DNA from: Verrucomicrobiota bacterium
GTDB lineage: Bacteria > Chlamydiota > Chlamydiia > Chlamydiales > JAAKFR01
Direction of reading: 5' to 3'
Assembly: GCA_018239815.1 (NCBI GenBank)
Contig: JAFEGP010000031.1
Span: 9,947-73,946, forward strand
DNA: 64,000 nt
Part shown: positions 20,563 to 29,158 of the stretch, one piece after another
How positions within the stretch are numbered: position 1 is the first letter of the stretch
Layout of the letters: every line of letters starts with the position of its first letter
Program-made: the position numbers and the translations under genes
Notes under the pieces: generated by a model
Told to the model about the DNA's origin: nothing
Database searches by the model: none
The model's input: the letters and a program-made list of their open reading frames with translations, nothing else

Positions 20563-22104
20563 TTACACGAAAGCACGCGAATGTAGCGAACACTTTCTTT
20601 TTCGACAACAGGAAAGCGCGATAAATCCAAGACTGAGCCCTAAAATGAATTTATCTCCCCAAATTAAGTAAAGAGTTTGATAACAGTGTAAAGGGATTAC
20701 CACCTTCAACACCCCCTCTTGAGCTGTTTGTGTTCTACTCTCATAAGGTAGCTGCTGTAAAACCTGCCCTGTACTGTTTATAGCGCATGTTACACCTGTG
20801 TTACAAGCTCGCAATAAAGGCATCCCCAATTCGACTGTTCTTACACGAGCATGGTGTAAATGAGAGACAGGTAGTCTTGAACGCGGGTACCACATGTCAT
20901 TAGTTAAACCTAACAATAATTGAGCTCCTTGGTTGCGAGCAGCGCGGTTCAATTCCCCAAGAGTTTCCTCATAACAAATTGCAACAGCAAAAGGGAGCTG
21001 TTGTCCAAATACCAATGAGCTTTGACCAGCTGTAAAATCAGGTGGTAAAGGCAATAAAGATCTAGCCCAAGCAAAACAAATAGGCAAGTATTCTCCAAAA
21101 GCTAAAAGTTTTCTTTTATGATATACTTCAATCTCATTGGAAGGATGAAAATGAAAAGCTGCATTGTAACTTTTTTGCTGCTGTTCATCATTCATCCCTA
21201 TAACCACAGATCCTTGGCTATTTTGCGCTAGCAGCTTCCCTATTGTTAAAGCATCTAAGTAAGGCGTAGAGTAGAAATTTTTATGAATCCCCCAATAAGA
21301 AGCTAACATATTTTCTACAAAATAGGACGGGATATAAAGATTTTGAGCTGCACGAGGTAACGCTCCTTCTGCTAAGACAATCAGGTCATATGTTTCATGA
21401 ATATGGGGAGCTAACACTTGAAAGAAACGCTCCCAAATTTCCCTTTCTGATTGCCTAGGATAAGTTGCTAACTGGACTAACAAAGCTTCAACTTTTTTAT
21501 CTTCTTTATCTGTCTGATGATGCCATAAATAGAGCCCTCCCCCTAAAAGATAAGGAAGAATAGCCACAGCGATCACTAACTTTTGTTTATGAAAAAAAAG
21601 AAGATTTGTCCATAGCACCCAAAAACTTAAACCCATGATCCCGGCAATAGAGGCCATTTGCAAGCTTGTTACATGAGCAGTGAGAGGCAATCCTAACGGA
21701 TTCCAAGCAAAGCCAATTCCAAAGAATAACCAAGGACGGGCCCACTCTAAAATTACCCATATTCCACATAAAGCCAATTGTTTAATTAAGGAAGTTGCTT
21801 GACCAACTCCTAAAGAAACCAGAGCAAAAATCCCCCCCATGGAAAGATTATGTAAGAACCATCCGAATAAGATTGCAGCTCCAACATACTCAACAGAGGT
21901 CATCCAATTGGTATGGATCATCTGGACTCCCATCATCCAGACTAAAGATGTAAAAAATATTTTTTTCTTGCTCGCTCCAATCAAAGAGAACCAAAATAAG
22001 GCATACCCACATATCCCAGCTAAAACACAAGCCACTAAGCTAAAATCAGGTTGAGCCAGGGCCACAAGAATAAAAGAAGAAATGAGAGGTAGGATTCTTT
22101 TCAT
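20563..22104 (-). CDS. lnt: Apolipoprotein N-acyltransferase
   Basis: 513 aa. Multi-TM N-terminal half, then a C-terminal CN-hydrolase domain (...FAVAICYEETL...). Confidence 0.9.
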   Translation of the reverse strand: MKRILPLISSFILVALAQPDFSLVACVLAGICGYALFWFSLIGASKKKIFFTSLVWMMGVQMIHTNWMTSVEYVGAAILFGWFLHNLSMGGIFALVSLGVGQATSLIKQLALCGIWVILEWARPWLFFGIGFAWNPLGLPLTAHVTSLQMASIAGIMGLSFWVLWTNLLFFHKQKLVIAVAILPYLLGGGLYLWHHQTDKEDKKVEALLVQLATYPRQSEREIWERFFQVLAPHIHETYDLIVLAEGALPRAAQNLYIPSYFVENMLASYWGIHKNFYSTPYLDALTIGKLLAQNSQGSVVIGMNDEQQQKSYNAAFHFHPSNEIEVYHKRKLLAFGEYLPICFAWARSLLPLPPDFTAGQSSLVFGQQLPFAVAICYEETLGELNRAARNQGAQLLLGLTNDMWYPRSRLPVSHLHHARVRTVELGMPLLRACNTGVTCAINSTGQVLQQLPYESRTQTAQEGVLKVVIPLHCYQTLYLIWGDKFILGLSLGFIALSCCRKRKCSLHSRAFV

Positions 22105-22125
22105 ATTTCCTGTATACTATTTGCC

Positions 22126-23259
22126 GTGAAACATACTTTTGTAGAATATCATCTTTTTCAACTTTTACGTCGTTTTGACAATCAGCATTTGCCGCTTGAT
22201 CTTTTTATTAGCCAATACTTCCGTGCACACAAAGCACTAGGAGCTCAGGACAGACGCACCCTTGCAGAAGCTGTTTATGGGATGGTCCGTTGGCAATTAC
22301 TATTAGACTATCTGATCGGCCCAAATCCTTCATGGGAAAAACGCTTTCAACTCTATCGCAATTTTCAACCTACTCAGTACTTGACAGTGAGTTCTATCCC
22401 TTTACATGTACGAGTTAGCTGCCCCAAACCTCTATTTGATCTACTTGTTCAGGATTATGGAGAGTCCTACGCTTGTCAATTAGCTCAAATTAACACTACA
22501 ACAGCTCCAATTATGGTAAGGGTCAACCCGTTAAAAACAACACGGGATGCATTATTAGCAAAATGGGCTGAGCAATATGATGCGATGACCGCTAAGGAAT
22601 CCCCCTACGGAATTGAATTTAAAAAAAGAATAGCCCTTTTTGCTTTGCCCGAATTTCAAGAGGGTTTATTTGAAGTCCAAGATGAAGCTAGCCAACTCGT
22701 GGCAAGTTTAGTGCAAACACAGCCTAAAGATCAGGTATTGGACTACTGTGCTGGAGCAGGCGGTAAGAGTCTTGCTTTTGCCCACCATATGGCGTCAGGA
22801 GGACAACTTTATCTTCATGATGTACGACCTGCTATTTTAGACCAAGCACGCAAACGTTTTAAGCGTGCAGGCATTCAAAATGTGCAATTTTTAGAACCCG
22901 GTCATCCTCAATTAGAGCGTCTTAAAGGGAAATTGGATTGGGTACTCGTTGATGTTCCTTGCAGTGGGACAGGCACTTTAAGACGTCATCCTGATCAGAA
23001 ATGGAAGTTCACTTTAACCTGGCTTGAAGGACTTATCCATTTACAACGACAAATTGTCGAACAAACCCTGCCTTTTCTTAAACCCACAGGAAAGCTTGTC
23101 TATGCAACATGTAGCATCTTAAAAAAAGAAAACGAAGAGCAAAGAGAGTACTTTCTTAAAAATTTACCCTTAATCTCTTACGGTAACATTTTCCAATCTC
23201 ATCCTGCTATTGGAGAAAAAGATGGCTTTTTTGCTTGTATCTTCCAAAGAAAGTCATAA
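22126..23259 (+). CDS. rsmB: rRNA (cytosine-C5) methyltransferase, RsmB/Sun/Fmu family
   Basis: SAM motif DYCAGAGGKS and catalytic motifs VLVDVPCSGTGTLRRHPD and YATCS. GTG start, only 21 nt from the divergent lnt start. Confidence 0.88.
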   Translation: MKHTFVEYHLFQLLRRFDNQHLPLDLFISQYFRAHKALGAQDRRTLAEAVYGMVRWQLLLDYLIGPNPSWEKRFQLYRNFQPTQYLTVSSIPLHVRVSCPKPLFDLLVQDYGESYACQLAQINTTTAPIMVRVNPLKTTRDALLAKWAEQYDAMTAKESPYGIEFKKRIALFALPEFQEGLFEVQDEASQLVASLVQTQPKDQVLDYCAGAGGKSLAFAHHMASGGQLYLHDVRPAILDQARKRFKRAGIQNVQFLEPGHPQLERLKGKLDWVLVDVPCSGTGTLRRHPDQKWKFTLTWLEGLIHLQRQIVEQTLPFLKPTGKLVYATCSILKKENEEQREYFLKNLPLISYGNIFQSHPAIGEKDGFFACIFQRKS

Positions 23260-23364
23260 CCTCACCCCACGCTGGACAAGAACGCATTCATTAAACAATG
23301 GGATATAGTTTTTTCAATTTTCATTGATAATCTATAAATTTTCCTTTTCACAAAGCAGAGAAAG

Positions 23365-24208
23365 ATGTGTAAGGCTTATTCAGTAGACCTAAGAAAGCGA
23401 GTGTTGGATGATTTGAAGCGCAAAGACGATAAAAAAGCAGCAAGTGAACTGTTTAATGTAGCGATAGCTACTGTTTAACGTTAGATAAGGCAGCAAAAAG
23501 AAAAAGGGCATGTAGAGCCACATCACCGAGAATTTGTGTATAGAAAATTGGACTACAATCTTTTAAAAGAATATGTGGAAGTTCATCCTGATTACTTTTT
23601 GTTAGAGATAGCAGAACATTTTTCGGTAACAGAACAAGCTATTTTCTATGCTCTCAAGAAGCTAAAAATCACGCGAAAAAAAAGAATCTCCTTTACAAGG
23701 AGCGGGATGAAAAAAAAGAGAAGAATTCCTTAAAAATTTGAATAACATTCCTTTAGACAAAAGGATTTATCTCGATGAAAGTGGAATCAATCAACACTTG
23801 TGCCGTAAACACGGAAGAAGCCCACGAGGAGAAAAGGTAATAGCAGAGATCTGAGGAATGAACTTTGCAAGGGAAAGCTTGATTGCAGCTCTATCAAGAG
23901 GGAAGCTTTTATCACCCATGTGTTTTCAAGGAACTTGTAATACAGGCCTTTTTAACACATGGCTAGAAAAAATGGTTGTGCCTCAACTGCAACCTGGTCA
24001 GGTACTTATTCTTGACAATGCAAGTTTTCATCAGTCAGAAGAAAGTAAAAAACTTGTAGAAGCTGCTGGCTGTAAACTCATGTTTCTCCCGCCATACTCG
24101 TCAGATCTGAATCCGATAGAAAAGTGTTGGACAAATATAAAAGCCAAAGTCAGAGAACTCTTGCCAAAATTTACTGAAGCCTTAGATGCTGCTATTTTAT
24201 CGATGTAA
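23365..24208 (+). mobile_element. Decayed IS630/Tc1-mariner (ISY100-like) insertion sequence whose transposase is a pseudogene
   Basis: The reconstructed reading is MCKAYSVDLRKRVL...FNVAIATV*R*IRQQ...LKEYVEVHPDYFLLEIAEHF...KITRKK / NLLYKERDEKK / EEFLKNL...IYLDESGIN...AEI*GMNFARESLIAAL...LILDNASFH...LPPYSSDLNPIEKCW (DDE triad). In-frame stops lie at 23476 (TAA), 23482 (TAG) and 23852 (TGA). Frameshifts occur in two A8 runs, 23676-23683 and 23710-23717. I could not identify the terminal inverted repeats. Confidence 0.85.
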
Positions 24209-24255
24209 ACTTAATCGACTATAGTTACTCCGAGGTTGAGTTACAAAGTATAGTT

Positions 24256-24297
24256 GCGCCGTACAATTCATTCCCGAAGGGATGAATTGTACGGCGC
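24256..24297 (-). terminator. Long near-perfect hairpin at the 3' end of the 334-aa gene; an atypical terminator or RNA-stabilising stem-loop
   Basis: GCGCCGTACAATTCAT t CCC gaa GGG ATGAATTGTACGGCGC forms 19 bp with one bulged T. On the minus-strand RNA the apex reads CCCUUCGGG (UUCG-type loop). It starts 18 nt after the stop at 24316. There is no U-tract on either strand. Confidence 0.4.
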
Positions 24298-24315
24298 ATA
24301 AGATAAATGCTCTAA

Positions 24316-25320
24316 TCAGACTCCAACAACATGTGCGCCAGAAGCATCCAATCTTATCATGCTATGAGCACGGCGCAATTCAGGGATGGTCCGCAACCGG
24401 GGAGGTAACGATAAAGAAACACTGTCTTGTAAAGGAGGTAAACAAGAAGTACTGCGCGCTTTACAAGGCGTTGTATTTTCTTCTGGAATAGACAAACTTT
24501 TCTTATTCACTTTACTATCAAGCCGCATTGTCACAGTATAATAAACTCTTTCATTTGTACTCACAGAGATCGATACCCCCTCTGCAAAACCAATTCTTTC
24601 CAAGACAAAAGAATACGGTTTCAGATACGGCAAACTAGATTTTTCAGCACATGGTGCAAGTTTCCACTTCCTAAAACTGAGACCTAACAAGGCAATATCA
24701 GCCTCCGAAAAAACTCTTGGTTCTCCTAACTTTAAACCTAAAAAATGCACCACATCCATCCTTTGTCTTGCAATGACTTCGACTCTATATTGCTGTGCTT
24801 GCGGTACAACATTGAAGACAAAGGAATTATACACTGTTAATTCTGAAACCTTTGAATCAGAGTGAAGACCATGTGCTGCAACCTCTTCCCCACTCATGAT
24901 ATACGTACGATGAGGATGTAGGATAGGATAACACGTGACTTTCCAACCTGTTCGTTTGCTTACAGTCGCCCTGCTCTCTAATTGAGTCACTGCCTCAACA
25001 AGACTACTTCCGGTAGGAACGGTTTCTATTTCTCGTGGAAGCTCCGCATGAAATATAAATTCTGGAAACACTCCTGATAAACGAGTAGCCATGTTAACAT
25101 GGTAATGTGTAACTAGTAAATCGTACGACATCCATTTTGGCTCCCTTACTTTGATACGCGCATAGGCATATAACCTACTTGCAGGTGATTCAGCAGCTGC
25201 CTGCTGAGACACAATCTTTTGCTGGAGATGCGGAACTGCCGCAGCAGCTGCACCCGCCATGTACTGAGGAGTTGTATTTGGGAAAGACTGACATGGGTTG
25301 ACACCCTGGGCATAAAACAT
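24316..25320 (-). CDS. Hypothetical protein (orphan)
   Basis: 334 aa. A strong GGAGG lies 6 nt before the ATG. There is no signal peptide or TM segment. The N-terminal ~45 residues are Ala/Gln-rich and low-complexity, and the rest looks beta-rich. No family recognised. Confidence 0.65.
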   Translation of the reverse strand: MFYAQGVNPCQSFPNTTPQYMAGAAAAAVPHLQQKIVSQQAAAESPASRLYAYARIKVREPKWMSYDLLVTHYHVNMATRLSGVFPEFIFHAELPREIETVPTGSSLVEAVTQLESRATVSKRTGWKVTCYPILHPHRTYIMSGEEVAAHGLHSDSKVSELTVYNSFVFNVVPQAQQYRVEVIARQRMDVVHFLGLKLGEPRVFSEADIALLGLSFRKWKLAPCAEKSSLPYLKPYSFVLERIGFAEGVSISVSTNERVYYTVTMRLDSKVNKKSLSIPEENTTPCKARSTSCLPPLQDSVSLSLPPRLRTIPELRRAHSMIRLDASGAHVVGV

Positions 25321-25366
25321 AGCTTGCCTCCTTGAGCTTTAAGCTCGTCTTAACCGTATTTTAATA

Positions 25367-26596
25367 TTAGCGCCTGCAAAAGACAAGAAAAATGATAAAT
25401 GTGAGAATCAAACAGAGAACAATCGACAACAAAATAATAGATTTTTTTACATCATTAGCAGCATAAAGTTGCCCAGATTTAATAACGGCCCCCTGATCAT
25501 TGATCACATTGATTGTGCCTACACACGTGCCTTTTTTAATGGGTAATGAAGGGATTTGCCACGTTACCGTAGCATAAACAGTTTCTTCCTCTGCAGGATA
25601 AAAATCATAGTTAACAGCCTCTATGAGCATAGTTTGCAACTTGCCACGCGCTCCCTTAATTTTGCAGCTTAAAGAACTAGGCCCCTCAGGCATAATCACA
25701 CGTCTCATCAAAGGTTGAGAAAAAGCAGCATCAAATAAAGCTTTGGTATCTTGATAGACTTCAGCTCGAACCTTGCATCCTAAAATCACTGCAATAAGCT
25801 CCCTATCGCCCTCTTTTGCTGCCGCAACAAGATTTTTACCAGCGGCTTGCGTACCACCCGTCTTGATGCCTATGACTCTGGGATCAAAATGAGCTCCATT
25901 TCTCAAGAAAAGATTTGTTTGAAGAAGCGTTCTTTCTTCCTGCAGATTAGAACGAGGGCAAGTATAACGAGGATGCGCCACAATTTCTCGAAAAAGAGGG
26001 ATGGTCAATCCACGACGTGCCATAGACGCTAGATCTCTTGCAGTTGTGACATGAGCAGGATGATGCAAGCCATGCGGATTATTAAAATTTGTCTGCTCAC
26101 AACCTATGGACTTTAAATAGGTATTCAGTTTTTCCATGAACGTAGGCACATTTTTTTCACAATACAATGCTAGCGAATTGCAAGCGTCATTTGCTGAAGA
26201 AATCAAAGCAGCATGAAGCAAGTGATATAGAGTCATTTCTTCCCCTGCTTTTAAACCTATATGTGTACCATCTGTCTCTAACCAATGAGGAGGACTGCGA
26301 TAATTTGAGTCTCGTTTAGCCTGAGGAGTAATACTTGCTAAGGCTTCTTTCTTAACTGTGACAACAGCATTTAAAGATTGACTATAATGCTCTAAAACAT
26401 AAAGACAAGGGGCTATTTTTGTTGTACTTGCTGGATAGGTAGGTTCATCTGCTTTTTTTTCAAAAAGCACGCTTCCGGTTTTAGCATTGATAAGAATAGC
26501 ATTCTCAGCATGCAAAGAAACGTTAAGTTTCTGTGCATAAAGAAATTGGAAATTCAGCATCCATAATAAACACCACCAAACGTTTCTTCCAATCAT
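25367..26596 (-). CDS. dacC: D-alanyl-D-alanine carboxypeptidase (S11 family, PBP5/6-like)
   Basis: Signal peptide, SxxK (ASTTK), SxN (SSAND) and KTG (KTGGT) motifs, plus a C-terminal membrane anchor. Confidence 0.9.
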   Translation of the reverse strand: MIGRNVWWCLLWMLNFQFLYAQKLNVSLHAENAILINAKTGSVLFEKKADEPTYPASTTKIAPCLYVLEHYSQSLNAVVTVKKEALASITPQAKRDSNYRSPPHWLETDGTHIGLKAGEEMTLYHLLHAALISSANDACNSLALYCEKNVPTFMEKLNTYLKSIGCEQTNFNNPHGLHHPAHVTTARDLASMARRGLTIPLFREIVAHPRYTCPRSNLQEERTLLQTNLFLRNGAHFDPRVIGIKTGGTQAAGKNLVAAAKEGDRELIAVILGCKVRAEVYQDTKALFDAAFSQPLMRRVIMPEGPSSLSCKIKGARGKLQTMLIEAVNYDFYPAEEETVYATVTWQIPSLPIKKGTCVGTINVINDQGAVIKSGQLYAANDVKKSIILLSIVLCLILTFIIFLVFCRR

Positions 26597-26658
26597 GCTC
26601 TTCCCTTAAGGTTTACAGATTTTAGCAAATCTTTAGTTATCGCGCAGCTACACAAAAG

Positions 26659-26688
26659 TTGACACAACAAGAAAAACTACGCTACAAT
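26659..26688 (+). promoter_or_regulatory. Candidate sigma-70/66-type promoter for the 145-aa gene
   Basis: TTGACA (26659-26664) - 18 nt - TACAAT (26683-26688). GGGAGGG lies 5 nt before the ATG at 26708. Confidence 0.5.
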
Positions 26689-26707
26689 AAACCTGGGAGG
26701 GTGCAAT

Positions 26708-27145
26708 ATGGATGAGGCGGAAGATTTAGAAGCGCAATTTTCTCGTTATTGGGATAACTTGCCTGCATTTCTTCCTGATGGCATGATTGAGGTTGATTTG
26801 CAACTCCTTCAGGATCTGCATCTTTTGCAAGAAGACATCCCAAAACCTGTGGAAGAAGATGTTTTAGCGCAGGATTTTTACGTTTTAGAATCTGCTGAAA
26901 AGCTCACTCTTTTTAACGAACGCTTTGCAATCTGGATCGTTCCTAAAATCACCCAAGAAGTCCCTACAACCTATACTCTGATTGCACGTAAACATCCTTT
27001 AGCTACTAAAGATCCTCATTTAGAAATAGCCTTTTCTACTACAGGGGTTTATAACCATTCTGGTCTTGTTTTACGTATCTTAGAACGATTTTTAGAACAA
27101 ATAGACGAGACCGAAGCTGCTATCATTCCGTACGATCAGTCATGA
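26708..27145 (+). CDS. Conserved hypothetical acidic protein
   Basis: 145 aa. It lies between dacC and rsbW, as CT550 does in Chlamydia (from memory). No domain recognised. Confidence 0.6.
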   Translation: MDEAEDLEAQFSRYWDNLPAFLPDGMIEVDLQLLQDLHLLQEDIPKPVEEDVLAQDFYVLESAEKLTLFNERFAIWIVPKITQEVPTTYTLIARKHPLATKDPHLEIAFSTTGVYNHSGLVLRILERFLEQIDETEAAIIPYDQS

Positions 27146-27546
27146 TCGACATCAAGCCTAATGGCCATCCGTAAGATGTTGGTATCATTTACTCTCTGAT
27201 ACGTAGATTCATCCATGAGCTTACGAATCAAAAAAATACCCAGGCCTCCTATAAAACGCTCTTGAATAGCAACATCAAATTGAGGATCGATCTCTGATTC
27301 AATGGGGTTAAAAGGCCGGCCCTTATCCTGAATGATGACTTCAAACCTCTGACCTTGCTGAGAAAAAGAGATCTCAATTTCCCCTTTTTGTTGAGGGAAA
27401 GCATAAGAAACAATATTTACAATAGCTTCTTCACAAGCCAACTCAATCTTGCTGACTAAGGCAGCACTGACTCCCCTTTGTCTTGCTTGCTCACAAATGT
27501 AGCATAACATTTGAGGCAAAAGCCCCAAATCAGCCGTAAAGCGCAT
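27136..27546 (-). CDS. rsbW: Anti-sigma factor serine kinase, RsbW-like (GHKL ATPase)
   Basis: 136 aa with an N-box (EEAIVNIVSYA), G1 (IQDKGRPFNP) and G2 (GGLGIFLIRKLMD). The size and motifs are typical of RsbW/SpoIIAB. Confidence 0.85.
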   Translation of the reverse strand: MRFTADLGLLPQMLCYICEQARQRGVSAALVSKIELACEEAIVNIVSYAFPQQKGEIEISFSQQGQRFEVIIQDKGRPFNPIESEIDPQFDVAIQERFIGGLGIFLIRKLMDESTYQRVNDTNILRMAIRLDVDHD

Positions 27547-27557
27547 ATAACGCTAAA

Positions 27558-28115
27558 CTACCAGCTATTGTTAACATAATCCACTATCTTTTCAGACAAC
27601 AATCCATAAAGTGCTGGGCCTGCAGCATCTCTAGCAAGAGGATTCATTTCAAGTTGACCCAAAGAAAATGCATGTCGATTTACAGTACCCAAATCTGGCT
27701 CAAAATCATAGTCTAACCAAGCTGTAATTTCGGTAGGCCCCATGACAGTGCAACGACGCGCGCAATCTACAACTGTCACCGTTGCTGTTTGAGTCAATCT
27801 CCCCTCATTAGGTGTTGTCACATTAGGAAGATTAGGGGCATAAATATATCCAATATTACGCTGTGCCGGCGCTGATAAACAAACTTTCACTTCTAAATCT
27901 GCACCGTCTTGATCGTATCTCAAAGGAGTTGCAACAGCTATTCTATTAATTAAAGTCTGCGTAAAATACCCCTGAACATCCCCTTTTACATAGGGGACAT
28001 AAAATGTTTGGTACTGACCTGATAGAGACGAAGTACCTAAGTGATAGCCGCAAGAGCTTAGCAACATGGCAAAGAGGCTTAAACTCATCCAGATGCTCAA
28101 GCGATAATATTTCAT
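27558..28115 (-). CDS. lptE: LPS-assembly lipoprotein, LptE-like
   Basis: Lipobox LLSSC followed by GYHLG (compare E. coli LptE, ...AGCGWHLR). At 185 aa its size matches LptE. Confidence 0.5.
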   Translation of the reverse strand: MKYYRLSIWMSLSLFAMLLSSCGYHLGTSSLSGQYQTFYVPYVKGDVQGYFTQTLINRIAVATPLRYDQDGADLEVKVCLSAPAQRNIGYIYAPNLPNVTTPNEGRLTQTATVTVVDCARRCTVMGPTEITAWLDYDFEPDLGTVNRHAFSLGQLEMNPLARDAAGPALYGLLSEKIVDYVNNSW

Positions 28116-28151
28116 ATTCAGTTACCTTTTGAATAAAAGTAAAAATGTTAG

Positions 28152-29090
28152 TTATTGCGAGGGAATAAGATGATTCAATTTTTCCCGACTTTTCTGAGCT
28201 GATTCAGTTTCAGGGAAACGCCGAATAGTATCATTGTAATAGATCAACGCGGCTTTAGGACGTTTAATGCGTTCATAAAAACGAGCTGTATCAAAAAGAC
28301 TCTGGGCATGAACTTCTTGCATGGCTGCAATATTGGCTGCAATGGTATCTCTTCGATCATCTCCTGGGAAGCTCTTTACAAATTTCTGCAAATTCAATTG
28401 AGCCAAAGCAATAAAATCTGGGTTTTGGGCCTCGTATTGCATTTGCTGTAGATAAATTTCCCCTATTTTTAAGAATGCTTCAGCAGCCAGTTCATGCTTA
28501 GGAAACCGACGAATCAAAACCTGTAAAGTATCTAAACTTTCTTTGAATTCTTTCTGCTTACGTAAAAACATTGCTTTAGCTAAAAGAGCTTTCGCTGCTA
28601 CATCACGGCTAGGTAAAGAAGCTATCACTTCATCGTAAAGCTCAATGACCTGTTTTTTACCGCTCATAATACGCGGCAATCCTATGGCTCCAAAAAGATG
28701 CCTTTTTTTTCCCTCTTGATAGGCTTCGGCAATGCTGTACTTATGCTCAAACACGTTTTCAAAATGTTTAAGATTCCCATTGAGCTCTAGATATTGCGTC
28801 AAATATTTGTTGGCCAGATCAAGATGTCCCTGAGAGTAATAACATACACCGATATAGTAAATACTATCAGAGAAGAACATAGAATCTTGAAAATGGTGCT
28901 TTACAATCATAAATTGATTTAAAGCTGCCTCCCAATTTTCTTCCGCCAAGTAACGTATCCCTAAATCATAATGTTCTTGAACAGGTAGTGTTGGAGCATA
29001 ACGTTCATGAGACCAGTTTTGTCCAACACGAACAAACCCGGCTTGTAAAGACGCACAGCAAAATAGAAGGATCAAAAGATAAAATCGCAT
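28152..29090 (-). CDS. bamD: TPR-containing outer-membrane assembly lipoprotein, BamD/YfiO-like
   Basis: Signal sequence with Cys (LLFCCASLQA). The TPR helices are arranged as in BamD (...NWEAALNQF..., ...YYIGVCYYSQGHLDLANKYL..., ...LFDTARFYERIKRPKAALIYYNDTIRRFPETE...). Confidence 0.5.
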   Translation of the reverse strand: MRFYLLILLFCCASLQAGFVRVGQNWSHERYAPTLPVQEHYDLGIRYLAEENWEAALNQFMIVKHHFQDSMFFSDSIYYIGVCYYSQGHLDLANKYLTQYLELNGNLKHFENVFEHKYSIAEAYQEGKKRHLFGAIGLPRIMSGKKQVIELYDEVIASLPSRDVAAKALLAKAMFLRKQKEFKESLDTLQVLIRRFPKHELAAEAFLKIGEIYLQQMQYEAQNPDFIALAQLNLQKFVKSFPGDDRRDTIAANIAAMQEVHAQSLFDTARFYERIKRPKAALIYYNDTIRRFPETESAQKSREKLNHLIPSQ

Positions 29091-29158
29091 GGGAGCCAGA
29101 GCCTAACACAATATCATCGCTCTTGTCAATTTTCAAACAAACAGTTATAAGCAGGTCA

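Noticed and set aside
23676-23717. Programmed ribosomal frameshifting at the two A8 runs of the IS630-like transposase
   Set aside because: Some IS families use A-rich slippery sites. Here, though, the reading frame also carries three in-frame nonsense codons (23476, 23482, 23852) that frameshifting cannot rescue, so decay is the simpler explanation.
28988-29158. The long 5' extension of the 336-aa ORF offered by the track
   Set aside because: It would overlap the divergent bamD-like gene by about 100 nt and adds a non-hydrophobic peptide in front of an obvious N-terminal membrane anchor. The internal ATG at 29159 gives a sensible protein.
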